From Octopus sinensis (lineage: Eukaryota): DNA of 57,589 bases. Of this stretch, positions 1 through 12,203 are shown in pieces. Where the stretch lies: the NCBI RefSeq assembly GCF_006345805.1, contig NW_021833599.1:1-57589 (forward strand), written 5' to 3'. The position numbers and the translations under genes are program-made. Position 1 is the first letter of the stretch, and every line of letters begins with the position of its first letter. The notes under the pieces are model-generated. The model was not told where the DNA came from and made no database searches. It was given only the letters and a program-made list of their open reading frames with translations.

Positions 1-421
1 TACCCAGTTCAGCATGTCCTTAGTGGCTGACGATATGCGCATCTCTGATCACGTGCAGAAGTAGTTGGGGAGCATCATAGCCATGTGTTGAAAGGAATTA
101 TTTGGGGTTTGGATAATTTACTTTTGGAAACATGGCTGTGTCGTTCAACATCCTTAAACAACCGTTATTCAGGGACCTTTTGAGCGGGATGGGTTACTCA
201 ACCAGAAGAACACTCTAACTGGGCCCCCACCTGCAAGGTCATGCGCTGTTTATCTTGATATGAGATCACCATGTCGCGCACATATGGTTGAGATGCATGT
301 GCCTAGTGTACCCTTATTAGAAAGGTAGTCATGATGGGTATTCTGGGCTTTGTATATTTTACCACAGTGACAATTTGATGGCGTGCACTGCTCTCTCACT
401 CAATAATAATAATAATAATAA
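1..421. mobile_element. Unclassified interspersed repeat ending in (AAT)n; runs off the window start
   Basis: Aligns over about 400 bp with 42850-43250; both end in GCACTGCTCTCTCACTC-(AAT)n. A third terminal fragment is at 42651-42710. Confidence 0.7.
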
Positions 422-423
422 TA

Positions 424-625
424 TTTTTTGCCACAAGGGCCTTGGGGAGGTGGGATAAGTCAATTACATCGACCCCGATGTTCAACTGGTAATCAATTTA
501 TCGACCCTGAAAGAGTGAAAGGCAAAGTCGACTTCGGCTGAATTTGAACTCAGAACATAGCGACGGGCGAAATCCGTTAAACATTTCGTCCAGCGTATAA
601 CGATTTAGCCAGCTCGCCACCTTAT
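424..625 (-). mobile_element. tRNA-derived SINE, family A (Deu/Nin-like central domain)
   Basis: Reverse complement of the AAGGCGGCGAGCTGG...GAGTTCAAATTC...GCCTTTCATCCTTTCGGGGTCGATAAA unit seen at 8932, 15607, 28581 and 43672. Confidence 0.8.
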
Positions 626-679
626 AATAAAAATCAAATATATAATCATAATAATAATAATAATAATAATAATAATATA

Positions 680-870
680 ATAATAAACAACTTTGGCATA
701 AGGCAGCATTTGGCGGGCCTAAGTTGATTACATCGACTTTAGTATTCAGGTGGTACTTGTTTTATCGACCCTCCGCTCAAAGGATGAAAGGTAAAGTCGA
801 ACGTATTATATCGCATGAAACACCGCCAAGCATTTGTTCCATGCGCTAACGGTTCTGCCATCTGTAATAA
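680..870 (-). mobile_element. Degenerate SINE family A copy
   Basis: Retains TTTATCGACCC...AAAGGATGAAAGGTAAAGTCGA and a decayed head. Confidence 0.6.
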
Positions 871-960
871 ATGAATCAATGAAGAAAGAAAGAAAGAAAG
901 AAGGAAAGAAAGAAGGAAAGAAGGGAAGAAAAAAAAGAAACAAGGAAAGAAAAGAAACAG

Positions 961-1146
961 GGTAGTTGGTCACGGCTAAAATGCTTTGATCATAGCCTTA
1001 CTAATTCTCGACCAAATTCGTGACAGACAGTACTAAGGTGCCCCTATTAACCCTTAAAAGACAGAATGGTTAGCGCTGGAATATCTTTGATCATCAGTCT
1101 GTTCAATCAAGTTTGACCTGGGACCAAACAACAAGAGCAACAATCA
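961..1146 (+). mobile_element. Retroposon 3' fragment with (CAA)n tail, family G
   Basis: GCTGGAATATCTTTGATCAT...GACCTGGGACCAAACAACAA recurs degenerately at 18010-18060, 28830-28930 and (minus) 52430-52530. Confidence 0.5.
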
Positions 1147-1487
1147 CTACAGCAAGAACTTCAATGGAATACATGCTTGCCATTCTTCGGTCTGCTAATC
1201 CGTTTTTCTATCAGAATGTCCTGGCCGTGTATAGTAAACAGTTTTGCCTGGATCCAAATGCTGCCATAGAAATCTTGTGATGCGAGTATGATTAATGTGA
1301 ACAACAGTTGTAAATTTATGGCAGTGTTGTTCCTTTCAATAGAGATTGAAAACGTGTCTCTATAATATTCATACTGTGAAACCAGGATGAATAATAGTGC
1401 ATCGGTTGTATTCTATGTTCCATATCCTATCATCTTTGCAAATCACGTATATAATGGAACATTTATCAGAGGAGATTAACAGTAATG

Positions 1488-1523
1488 GACCGGTTTCAGC
1501 AAAGTATAGGCATTTATCATCAG
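1488..1523 (-). ncRNA. Degenerate minimal hammerhead-like motif
   Basis: Minus strand reads CTGATGA-19 nt-GAAACCGGTC (palindromic ACCGGT helix III, GUC site). Helices I and II do not pair. Confidence 0.35.
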
Positions 1524-1667
1524 AAGACACTTCGAAGTAACGTGGTGTGTGGCGCTTGCATAATGTGATGTGGCTGTATTGGTATCGGAAACTTAATTAG
1601 TAGAGAGAATTCCTTGTACGGTTTGGACTAAAAATAAATTGCCCTTCATGCGTGCGTGCGTGGGTGC

Positions 1668-1711
<44 letters not shown>

Positions 1712-1879
1712 TGTCTGCAATGTAGACTGGCATTGTTTTCGTGATATCTCTTATTTCAGTTAAAGTGTTAAACACAAACGCATACACACATACACAAACA
1801 CGCAGCCTCATACGCACATAGATACATACAGATATATAAATATCTGAACACACGCACGCCATAATACACACATAACAAT

Positions 1880-1925
1880 GTATGTATTATATGTATTTGT
1901 ATGTATGTATAATCACACACATACA

Positions 1926-1979
<54 letters not shown>

Positions 1980-2038
1980 GAGTGTATGTGCATGTTTATA
2001 CACACACACACACATACACACCACACCACAACACACAC

Positions 2039-2083
<45 letters not shown>

Positions 2084-2101
2084 GAGTGTATGTGCATGTT
2101 A

Positions 2102-2135
<34 letters not shown>

Positions 2136-2235
2136 TTATATTATATATATAGTATATATATATATCTGAGTGTATGTGCATGTTTATACACACACACCAC
2201 ACACACCACACACACACACCTATATATATATTAGA

Positions 2236-2265
<30 letters not shown>
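1880..2265. repeat. Compound minisatellite: three units of (TA)n-TCTGAGTGTATGTGCATGTT-(CA)n
   Basis: The same unique spacer occurs at about 1978, 2081 and 2165 between microsatellites. Confidence 0.85.
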
Positions 2266-2270
<5 letters not shown>

Positions 2271-2276
2271 GTATCG

Positions 2277-2641
2277 TGGCACTCCGTCGGTACGACGACG
2301 AGGGTTCCAGTTGATCGGATCAAGAGAACAGTCTGCTCATGAAATTAGCGTGCACGTGGCTGAGCACTCCACAGTCACGTTTACCCTTAACAAGATTCAG
2401 CGTGATACGGAGTGTCACAAGGCTGGCCCTTTGAAATACAGGTACAACAGAAACAGGAAGAAAGAGTGAGAAAAAGTTGTGGTGAAAGAATACAGTAGGG
2501 TTCGTCAGCAATCCCTGCCGGAACCTCGTGGAGCTTTAAGTGTTTTCGCTCAATAAACTTTCACAACACCCGGTCTGGAAATCGAGACTGGGATCCCACG
2601 ACCGCGAGTCTGGTGCCCTAACCACTGGGCCATGGCGCCTC

Positions 2642-2642
<1 letters not shown>
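2277..2642 (-). mobile_element. tRNA-headed SINE with tail D
   Basis: Minus-strand head GGCCCAGTGGTTAGG (A box) plus a decayed B box. The 3' tail is shared with 4642-4977 and 35724-35972. Confidence 0.8.
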
Positions 2643-2690
<48 letters not shown>

Positions 2691-3039
2691 TACACACACA
2701 TGTGTACGTATATGTATATATACGTATATATATGTGTGTGTGTGTGTATGCGTATGTGTGTGTGTGTGTGTTTGCGAAGTGTGGGAGAGACATTTATAGT
2801 GAATAACCAACCTGTTCTTAAGTGATTTGTCCATCAGTTGTACCTGAAAGTCTGTTTTATATCCGTCGCGTGAAATCCTATTTTTAGCCAGGTATCGATC
2901 AGTAATGGCTTGGCTGGCGGAGTTCAATACTTTAAATAAATTTCTCGACAGAATCAGCTGTAATGTATCTTGAAAATCCCTGGCGGTCGATACTTTATTG
3001 GACTGAAGCCAAAATCTCTGAAGATATTCGCTGTTTGCT

Positions 3040-3077
3040 TGTTTGTATATTTCTATGCATGTATATAAGTGCGTGAG

Positions 3078-3114
<37 letters not shown>

Positions 3115-3488
3115 TGTATATATTTGCGTGCATGTATGTATGTAGATGTATGTATGGCATGTGTGTATCTGTATTGCCTATGTATGTATGTGTATGTGTG
3201 TGTCTATGTTGTGTGTGTATGTATTTGTGTGCATGTACATATGCGCGCAGGTGTATGTGGTGCGTGTATGCGTGTATGTTCATGCATGTATATATACATG
3301 TGTGTGTATGTGTGTGTATATACATATAATACACATTCACATATATTATATTATATAAATATAATATATATATATATATAATATATATATATATATACAT
3401 AAATAAATATACATATATATATACATATATATATATACATATATATATATAATATATATATATATATAAATATGTAATATATATATAT

Positions 3489-3521
<33 letters not shown>

Positions 3522-3615
3522 CATAAATATATATACATGTAAATTGAAAGGGAAACATAATGACATACACATACACACACATAACATACGCACATACATA
3601 TTGTTGTTGTTGTTA
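3040..3615. repeat. (GT)n/(TA)n/(GTT)n microsatellite cluster
   Basis: Direct reading. Confidence 0.9.
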
Positions 3616-3857
3616 TTGTATTCCATCGCGTGCGTGAATGGTAAAATCGTGTCTCCATGACATTCAGCGGGACAATATCTTGGCTGGCTTCCAAGTTCCT
3701 GATTGTAACGATATAGGTTAATATGTCGTCCCCTTTTACCAATGCCTTTGTCCGTACACAAGGCTGAACTCGACTACGAACGAACGAATATTATCTAGAC
3801 GGTTCTGATGTGTATAATTAACAGTGTCTGGCAGATTCTTCCTTCTGTTACAGACGT

Positions 3858-3926
<69 letters not shown>

Positions 3927-4641
3927 TGTCAAACCGCTAAGATAGTGTTATGAAGGACTGAACTAGGTTGCATTAACTTAACGGACATTATTTTATACCC
4001 GGATAATCCAATCACGTTTGGATCTTGGAATGATTTCTGTTGCAAGCGAATATGGATCTTGAAATCATTTGAAATACAGACAAATATTTATGCTGTTGTT
4101 GCAGTTGTTTTGACCCGGTTATACTCTAAAACATGATGACCTACTATCAAAGCATTCCACATTCGCAAATCCGGCCCTTCTTTAGGGACGTAGAATTATA
4201 TCAACGACTAAAAACTTCAAGAACTTTTATTAACGTGTAGAAACAAAAAAATAGCAATAAGTGTGTATATTCTGTACCGTTGTCTTTACACTTTGATGTG
4301 ATTTCAAACTTCCAAAGATGCTTCACTTTGATTTAATCTAGAGGGGATTGTTTCCCCTATTATAGTTAACCACTAGGAGTACATTCTTTTCTTTTCAAAT
4401 CCAAGTACAAGGCCTGAAATTTTAGAGGAAGGGGCCAGTCGATTAGATCGACCCCAAATTCACTTATAAGGCATTGTTTCGATCGGAGCTGTAGTAGACG
4501 GAACCTTGGTAAGTGTCTTCTCCTCTGCCCGGAATCGCAGGGTTGCAAAGCGATCTTCTTAATCACCCGGCCATGCCCTAATAGTTTTAAAACTTATTGC
4601 TCTATTCTATTTTGTTTCATTAATCATGCAAAATTATGACG

Positions 4642-4977
4642 CTGGCACTCCGGTCGGTTACAACGACGAGGATTCCAGTTGATCGGAACAACGGTACAGC
4701 CTGCTCCTGAAATTGATATTTAAGTGGCTGAGTACTCCACAGACATATGTACCCTTAATGTAGTTCGCAGTGAGATTCAACGTGACACAGAATGTGAAAA
4801 GGCTGGTCTTTCGAACTACTGGTACTACTCGTTTTTTTTTGTTATTTTTGTTACCTGAGTGGACTGGAGCAACGTGAAATAAAGTGTCTTGCTCAAGGAC
4901 ACAACGCGTCGCCGGGAATTGAACTCACGACCTTGCGATCGTGAGCCGAATACACTAACCATTAAACCACGCTCCTT
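4642..4977 (-). mobile_element. CORE-type SINE: tRNA head, CORE, tail D
   Basis: Minus strand has head GTGGTTTAATGGTTAG...GAGTTCAATTCC, then GTTGTGTCCTTGAGCAAGACACTT (CORE hallmark), then tail D. Confidence 0.8.
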
Positions 4978-5746
4978 CCCAAAATTATGAACAACACATT
5001 ATTTACAACGCTCATGCATTGGTATAGATTTTCTATAGTCTTCAATTATACTTTATAAAACGCATCGACACACCTAGATATATCTTATTGCCTTACAATG
5101 CGCGCACCAAAACAGATTTTCTATTGCCTTAAATTACATAAAATTTTTTTTAAAAAACCAGATGCCTTGGCACTTCTCGATACACCTTACAGTGCTACAA
5201 AGCAACGTGGATAACCGTTTCAGACCCACCGAGATAGACCAACGACCATGAAGAAACTAACTACTTCGTTTGTTCTTAGTATAATGCTTATATGCTTGTA
5301 GTTTACGTGCGTGTCTGCGAATGGTCAAGCGACATTCTGTCGTCATTCAATCCTGCAAAGAATATGTCTTTATATTACATGGCAATAACACAAATATTGT
5401 TATTCATTGATGTGCATTATCTACATCACGTTAGACGAGCCATTGTTGTTCGTATCCTCGCCAATGGCGTATCTTCACCGCCCCCGCTCTCAGGTTCAAA
5501 ATTGCAATGGATGTTGAGAGAGTAATTGTCGTTTTGAATGAAACGGTGCACGATTTCTATTTTTATAGAAACTCTCATCTGTTGCACAGCATAAAGACTC
5601 TCACAAATTATTATCAGAGCAGATGAATTCACGTGCACACTCCCACACCCACCCACATACCCATACAATCTCTCGCCCTCTCGCCCTCTCTCGCTTTCTT
5701 TTTATGCACACAAAGGAATAAATGTATGTATATATAATGTTGTATA

Positions 5747-5777
<31 letters not shown>

Positions 5778-5817
5778 ATATAGTAATATTATTATTATAA
5801 TATTATTAATAATAATA

Positions 5818-5879
5818 GTAGGGAATATAATTCCAAACTTACAGGGAAAAATTCAATTTAGCAATTCTAAATCAATTTT

Positions 5880-5885
<6 letters not shown>
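5818..5885 (+). mobile_element. Fragment homologous to 46290-46372 (tail of a hammerhead-bearing element)
   Basis: AGGGAATATAATTCCAAACTTACAGGGAAAAAT matches the reverse complement of 46330-46365. Embedded in (TA)n. Confidence 0.55.
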
Positions 5886-5929
<44 letters not shown>

Positions 5930-5933
<4 letters not shown>

Positions 5934-6140
5934 TTTCAAATGTGACCTCGTGTGTACCGTTAGCGATTTTTTTCCTCTGTCTTCCCTTCTCTGAACTTTC
6001 CTTCTCCTAATGTTTCCGACGAAGAGCTCCACTCAAAATGTTAAACCCTCCTTCTTTCCTTCTTTCCTGAGCGTCCAATAATACTATATTTGTTCCACGT
6101 CCTCGCGTTGTTGTGTTTTTTTTTTCTTTCTTGTTTGGAT

Positions 6141-6146
<6 letters not shown>
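5930..6146 (+). mobile_element. PLE-like pLTR fragment with decayed minimal hammerhead (6012-6046), flanked by (TA)n
   Basis: GTTT-CCGACGA-A-GAGCtccACTC-AAAAT-GTT-AAAC. Its tail matches 47697-47792 in reverse complement. Confidence 0.6.
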
Positions 6147-6235
<89 letters not shown>

Positions 6236-6444
6236 CGTTAAAAACATGTAACAAATGCACAAACGGAAGACAGACGCAGAAGGTCACCAAAAACAAATCC
6301 TCATCAGTTATCGACCAGAGGGTCAGATATATGTATATGTATGTGTATGTGCGTGTGTGTGTGTGTGTATGTATGTATATATATATATATCATTATGTAT
6401 GTATATATATATATATGGGTGTGAGTATGTGTGCGTGCGCGTAT

Positions 6445-6630
6445 CTTCCTGTGCCCGACCACAACTAGACAACAAATATTGGTTTGTTTATTTACATCGA
6501 GCTTTGCGGTTCAGCAAAAGACACCGATGGAACAAGTAGTGCGTACTGGGTCGATTTATTTGGATAAATCCTTGAGGCGGTGCTCCAGCATGGCCACGGA
6601 CCGATGACTGAAACAAATAAAAGATGAAAT
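6445..6630 (+). mobile_element. 3' module C of composite CORE-SINE B/C
   Basis: GCGGTTCAGCAAAAGACACCGAT...GGCGGTGCTCCAGCATGGCC...ACTGAAACAAATAAAAG. Confidence 0.7.
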
Positions 6631-6883
6631 ATACTATAATCTGTCTGTCTGTGTTTATAATATGCAAAGGTGTGTGAGTCAATGTGTGAACGGCGGGAAA
6701 GGGGGCGGGGCTGCGTTAGAGGTGTTTTGTGTATGTAACTGTACATTGTGAATTCATGCGTGACAGTCTGTCGCCTATGTTTGTGCGGTTTGACCCATGT
6801 GTTTGGGAGGCCGTGTCACCTGTCATGTAGTCAGGCATTAATCTTGGCTTGAATCGTTCAGTCGACTGAGCAGGAGTGATTTA

Positions 6884-7003
<120 letters not shown>

Positions 7004-7479
7004 TATAAACAAGTACACTCCCACACACATATATACATATCTATATCTATATATACACACATTATATGTATGTATGTATGTATGTATATAATATATATAT
7101 ATATATATTATGTATTTGGTTTGCAAGGTTCTTGATGTTACCTTCCCAACATACAACAACATATGTACACAAATATGTTTGTGTGTGTTAGTATACATAC
7201 ATATAAGTATATATATATAATGTTTGAGCTATATAAGTGTTGATCACCGCAGACGTATTGATCCCTTTTACACGATCCCTTAGATCCACCCCTACACCCC
7301 CCACATCACCCCAACCACACACACACAAGACAACCAACAATTATTCACCAACTGTTTCTCCTGATTATAATAACTGCCCCCAATAATTGACAAGTTTTAT
7401 GAAGTTCACCAGTTGACCCGACCAGCAATCACTGAGTACATTGTACCCAAATACATCTCTGCACATACATCATCAAACC

Positions 7480-8520
7480 TCTCTAATTCAGCTTCTTTTT
7501 TCTTTTTCCTCGTCTCCTCCTCCTCCTCCTCCTCCTCCTGCTCTCTCTCTCTCTCGCCATTTTCTTTCCGTCCATATATCTACCTTGGCATTGATCTTGA
7601 TTCACGCTTTGTTCAGTCCTGACCAGTATATTGATGTCTTCGTGTCACTGATCTATGGCTGTTCCTCAGCTTTTCCTTTCACCTATTCACTCTCTGCTTT
7701 TCTTTTGAACTTCATCGCTCTTTATCTTTCACTTCTTTCAATTTCTCTTTTTCACTCTCTCCGACATTTTCTCCCTCTTCCTTTCTCTCCTCCCTCTCTC
7801 TCGCTCGTTTGCTCGCTTGCTCTGTCTCTCCTACATACTCTCTCTCTCTCTGTCGGCTTCGTTAGCATACTTGCTGTTTTCCCCCTATATTCTCTTCTCT
7901 GTCTATCTCTGTCTCTGTCTGTCTCTCTGTCTCTCTCTCACGTTTCCTCACTTACTCTTTCTCTCACCTACTGTCTCTCTCCCCCCTTTCTCTCTCTCGC
8001 GTGCTAGCTTTCGCTTTGTCTCCCCTACATTTTCTCTCTCTCACCTTCGTTACATTCTTACTCTATTTTTCACCTACGTTCTCTCTCTGTCTCTCTATCT
8101 CTCAGTCTCTCTCTATCTCACTCACCCTCGCGTTTGTTTTCTTGCACTGTCTCTCAGCCACATTTTCTTTCTCATTTACTCTCCCTGTTTCTCTTTTAGC
8201 TCGTTTGCTCTCTCTCTCTCTCCTTCCTTCTCTCTCTTACTCTCTCTCCTTCTCTCTCTCTCTCTCTCTCTCTCGTTTGCTCTCTTGTTCTGTCTCTCGC
8301 CTACATTCTCTTTCTCATTTGCTCACTAGCTCTATCTTTTTCTCCCAATATTGCTCGTTTGCTCTGTTCCTCTCTTTCTCTTCTCTCTCGTTTGCTCACT
8401 TGCTCTCTCTCTCTCTTTCACCTACACACCTACACACACATGCACACGCTCTCTCTCTCTCTTCTTTCATACACGCACACACAGTGGTACACACACAGGT
8501 ATACGTAGGTAGGCACGTAT
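7480..8520. repeat. About 1 kb (CT)-rich polypyrimidine low-complexity tract
   Basis: Direct reading; explains the overlapping L/S-rich ORFs. Confidence 0.9.
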
Positions 8521-8543
8521 TTCTCTTTCACTCCTTTTAACAG

Positions 8544-8617
8544 GATGGTAGACATTAAATAAGCCATCGTAAACTAGTTTCTTGCAAAACCATGAAACCA
8601 CAGAACTACAGAAGAAG
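8544..8617 (+). other. Weak candidate exon (UTR plus ATG at 8592, MKPQNYRR, phase-2 end)
   Basis: Acceptor TTCACTCCTTTTAACAG|, donor AAG|GTGGGT, start context AAAACCATG. No homology evidence. Confidence 0.2.
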
Positions 8618-8689
8618 GTGGGTTGATGTTAGCATGGCTACAGACGATTCACACGTCTCTCTATCTCTCTCTCTCTATCTCTCTATTTC

Positions 8690-8720
<31 letters not shown>

Positions 8721-8931
8721 CGCTCTCCCTCTCAATGCCTTCATCGCGTTCTCACATGTTAAAACCAACATACAACATGTGAAAAAGAAAAAGTTTGCAA
8801 TTAAGCAATGCAATTAAAGTCCCTATCCAATTAAACTAATTTCAGAAAGTGAATTAATAATTTCTATTATCACAAAAAGTAGTAAAAATATTCAAATGTT
8901 GGTGAGTGTGTAATTGTTGATGTTGTTGTTG

Positions 8932-9101
8932 AAGGCGGCGAGCTGGCAGAATCGTTAGCACGCCGGGCGGCGTAGCCGTATTTCGTCTGCCGTTACGTTC
9001 TGAGTTCAAATTCCACCGAGGTCGACTTTGCCTTTCATCCTTTCGGGGTCGATAAATTAAGCACCAGTTACGCATTGGGGTCGATGTAATCGCCTTAATC
9101 C
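8932..9101 (+). mobile_element. SINE family A
   Basis: Intact head, B-box-like GAGTTCAAATTCC and central GCCTTTCATCCTTTCGGGGTCGATAAATT. Confidence 0.9.
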
Positions 9102-9190
9102 GTATGTATGTTTGTATGTATGTATGTATGTATGTATGTATGTATGTATGTATGTATGTATGTATATGCCACCTCACAGTATAAAAGGCT

Positions 9191-9525
9191 TTATGGGACG
9201 ATGTTGAAGAGCTGTAGGCCCTTGAAACCCAAGCTGCTGCAGTATCTGGTCCTGTATCTTGGTGACAATGTTGGGTTCTTTGTCACCATGCATTGGTGAC
9301 CCGTTATGCTGTTTGCGCAACTTTCAATGCCAAAGTTTGGTACAAACCCCACTGAGATTTTCTGGGTACATATCACTGCATATCTTTCCTGTCTTCGTTC
9401 TAGAGAGTAGAATCACAACCATTTTAGCCTCTGCCAGTAGCTGACAAGTCGCATTGAAACGATCTTTGTGTTGCTTTGCTGGATTGCATCAAGTCCTGCT
9501 GTTAATTTTATACTGTGTGGTAGCA
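9191..9525 (-). mobile_element. CR1-clade LINE ORF2 C-terminal relic
   Basis: One frame reads SYWQRLKWL*FYSLERRQERYAVI...RYCSSLGFKGLQLFNIVP*, matching the CR1 signature LSYEERLxxLxLxSLERRR and GPxLFNxLP. In-frame TGA at 9413-9415. Confidence 0.85.
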
Positions 9526-9532
9526 TATTCAT

Positions 9533-9590
<58 letters not shown>

Positions 9591-9599
9591 CTATATATA

Positions 9600-9762
9600 C
9601 GTCGGGCTTCTTTCAGTTTCCATCTACCAAATCCATTCATAAGACTTTGGCCAGCTCTAGGCTATACAGGAAACACTTGCCGAAGGTGCCACGCAGCGGG
9701 AATGAACCCGGAACTATATGAGTAAGAAACAAATTTTTTACCACACAGGTGCGCCTGCGCCT
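9600..9762 (-). mobile_element. 5' module B of CORE-SINE B/C
   Basis: Reverse complement of head plus GTGGCACCTTCGGCAAGTGT (MIR-like CORE) and GGAAACTGAAAGAAGCCCG, followed by (TA)n(TG)n. Confidence 0.8.
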
Positions 9763-10359
9763 ATGGATTCCATCTACCCAATTTCGCTCACGAGGAATGG
9801 GGAAACTGGGGGACATAAAATATAACTTTTGCCCAAAATATCACAGGGTAGGATCGAACCTTGTTTCCTTACAGACGCAAAGCGAACTTCCTATCCATTC
9901 GTCCACACCGCACTGATACGCACATACGACATACCTACACATATACATGCATACGTTTTTTTCAAACTTGAACCGCATGACTTAGGTGTTTCCTCCTTAA
10001 TGGTTCGGCCAAATACCGTATAGCCATACACAAATATTATGTTCATGCTCCAATTCCTTATGTTTTCATTGATGTAAATCATTTATATTGAAATGAGGTT
10101 CAAAGATTTTCAATGGATGAACATCATGAATGTACATACATACATATGTATATATATATAGGTATCTATGTCTGTAATGTATATATGTGTGTGTGTGTGT
10201 GTATTTCTTTACACATAGACATACATATATATACATGTATATATGTATATATATATATATACATATATATATATGTATATGTATGTATATATATGTATAT
10301 ATATGTATGTATATATATGTATATATATGTATGAATATGTATGTATATATGTATATATA

Positions 10360-10390
<31 letters not shown>

Positions 10391-10560
10391 GTACATGTAT
10401 ATATATGTGTGTGTGTATGTATACAATGTGTGTGTATATATGTATATGCATGTATGCATATATGCATATATATATATGTATATGCATTCATATATTATGT
10501 ATGTAATATATATATTTATATATATAATGTGTATATATATGTATATGTATAAATGTATAT

Positions 10561-10608
<48 letters not shown>

Positions 10609-10803
10609 AACTGTATGTATGTATTATGTATGTATGTATATATATTTACATACACACACACACACATAATAGTCATGATCAAATGATCAAGAAGACCATA
10701 CTTCAAGGAAAAACAATTGAAACGTAAAGTACACATTCATTATTTTCCATTCATGCTTTAACATAGAGGTGTTTTTCTGTGCAATCAAACTACATTCTGA
10801 CCT

Positions 10804-10836
10804 CTGATGATACTGTAATAACACAGCGAAACAGCC
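10804..10836 (+). ncRNA. Partial hammerhead-like core
   Basis: CTGATGA-TA-CTGT/aataac/ACAG-C-GAAAC. The downstream GUH site and helix I are missing. Confidence 0.3.
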
Positions 10837-10879
10837 AACTAACTGCAATATCTAAATCTAAACAAAACATATGTATTTA

Positions 10880-11100
10880 TATCTTATATCTTTTACTTTT
10901 TTCAGTCATTAGACTGTGGTCATGATGGAGCAATGCCTGAAGGATTTTAGTTGAAGGAATTGATCCAATACTTATTGTGCGTTTTTAATATGGTGCTTAA
11001 TCTATTAGTCTCCTAGGCTAAGCTGCTAAGTTACGGGGATATAAATACACCAACACCGGTTGTGAATCGGTGTTGGAGAGGACAAACACAGATAGAAACA
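10880..11100 (-). mobile_element. SINE B/C module C
   Basis: Reverse complement of module C including TTTCAGTCATTAGACTGTGGTCATG and TAAGTTACGGGGA. Confidence 0.7.
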
Positions 11101-11140
11101 TACGCACATATGTGTGTATTTGTATGTGTATATAAAAATA

Positions 11141-11186
<46 letters not shown>

Positions 11187-11579
11187 ATGGAACAAAAACG
11201 CAATAGAGGACAATAAAACATTCGGACAGATAGACGATACAAAGGCGCACAGGAGAAACATCAATTAGAACAGGATTTTAAAAAACCGGTCGTTCGTGGC
11301 CTTTTTTCTCAGTCAAGTTTACCAGAAGTCTTTACTGTTTCCAGCAGTTACACTTGAGACAGTTCGATCTGGTTGCCCCCCCCCCACACAACAAGTCTAA
11401 GCCAAGAGCATAAGACTTTTTTTGTAAGAAAACTAGCGAATGTGTACGGCAACAAAGACAGAAAATGGAGAACAAGGTACGCAATTACAAATACAAACAG
11501 CAAGAAAATAACAACAGGTGTCTTTCGACTGAGAACGAAATGAAATGAAAGCCTAAAAGCAAGAACATGGGGGATATGA

Positions 11580-11633
<54 letters not shown>

Positions 11634-11638
11634 ATATA

Positions 11639-12019
11639 CTAGCGTATCGTCCGGCGTTGCTCAGGTTTGTAAGGGAAATAACTATAAAGCATTTTTAGAG
11701 AGTTATAGCCTAAAAATAGCAAAAAGATGGAAAAAAATGATGGTAAATTTTTTTTAGAGTAAAAAAGGTGGAGTTGCGTCCCCTAGACAGTTTGCGGTTT
11801 GTGTTTCTGATTCTCGACCCCATGTCGAATTTATCGATTTTTTTCAGAACTGGGGGAACTTTTCGAAATTTTCGCTGCGTTAGTTTTGAATTATGACATT
11901 GGGCTATGTGTGTATCAAGTTTCATCAGAATCGGTTGAAAGCCGTGGTCAGGGTGAGGGTACAAGAAAACAGACACACAGAAACACGCACAGACAAACTG
12001 CCGTTTATATAGAGAGAGA
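11639..12019 (-). mobile_element. Non-autonomous Helitron, 381 bp
   Basis: Minus strand begins TC (12019-12018) after an A and ends CTAG (11642-11639) before a T. A decayed CCTGAGC-AAC-GCCGG hairpin lies just upstream of CTAG. TCTG/TG repeats and AACCGATTCTGATGAAACTTG lie near the 5' end, as in Lep1-like Helitrons. No TSD. Confidence 0.8.
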
Positions 12020-12146
12020 TGTATGTATATTATATATACTATATATATAGTATATTGACTAATTTTCCTACACGCTAGGCCACTGGTAGTAAAACATTTC
12101 TAAAGTTTTTATTACCCTGATATTATTAATTATATATACACACACG

Positions 12147-12199
<53 letters not shown>

Positions 12200-12203
<4 letters not shown>

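Noticed and set aside
1164-1280. Short ORF containing NPFFY (GPCR NPxxY-like)
   Set aside because: No hydrophobic TM7 context or convincing acceptor; only 38 codons.
3615-3790. Two open minus-strand frames ([14 protein letters not shown]...; [10 protein letters not shown]...)
   Set aside because: No donor site and no family recognised.
6262-6307. Isolated CTGATGA on the minus strand in a TA-flanked segment
   Set aside because: No helix II or GAAAC downstream.
11710-11976. 88-aa ORF
   Set aside because: It lies inside the non-autonomous Helitron and has no Rep or helicase motifs.
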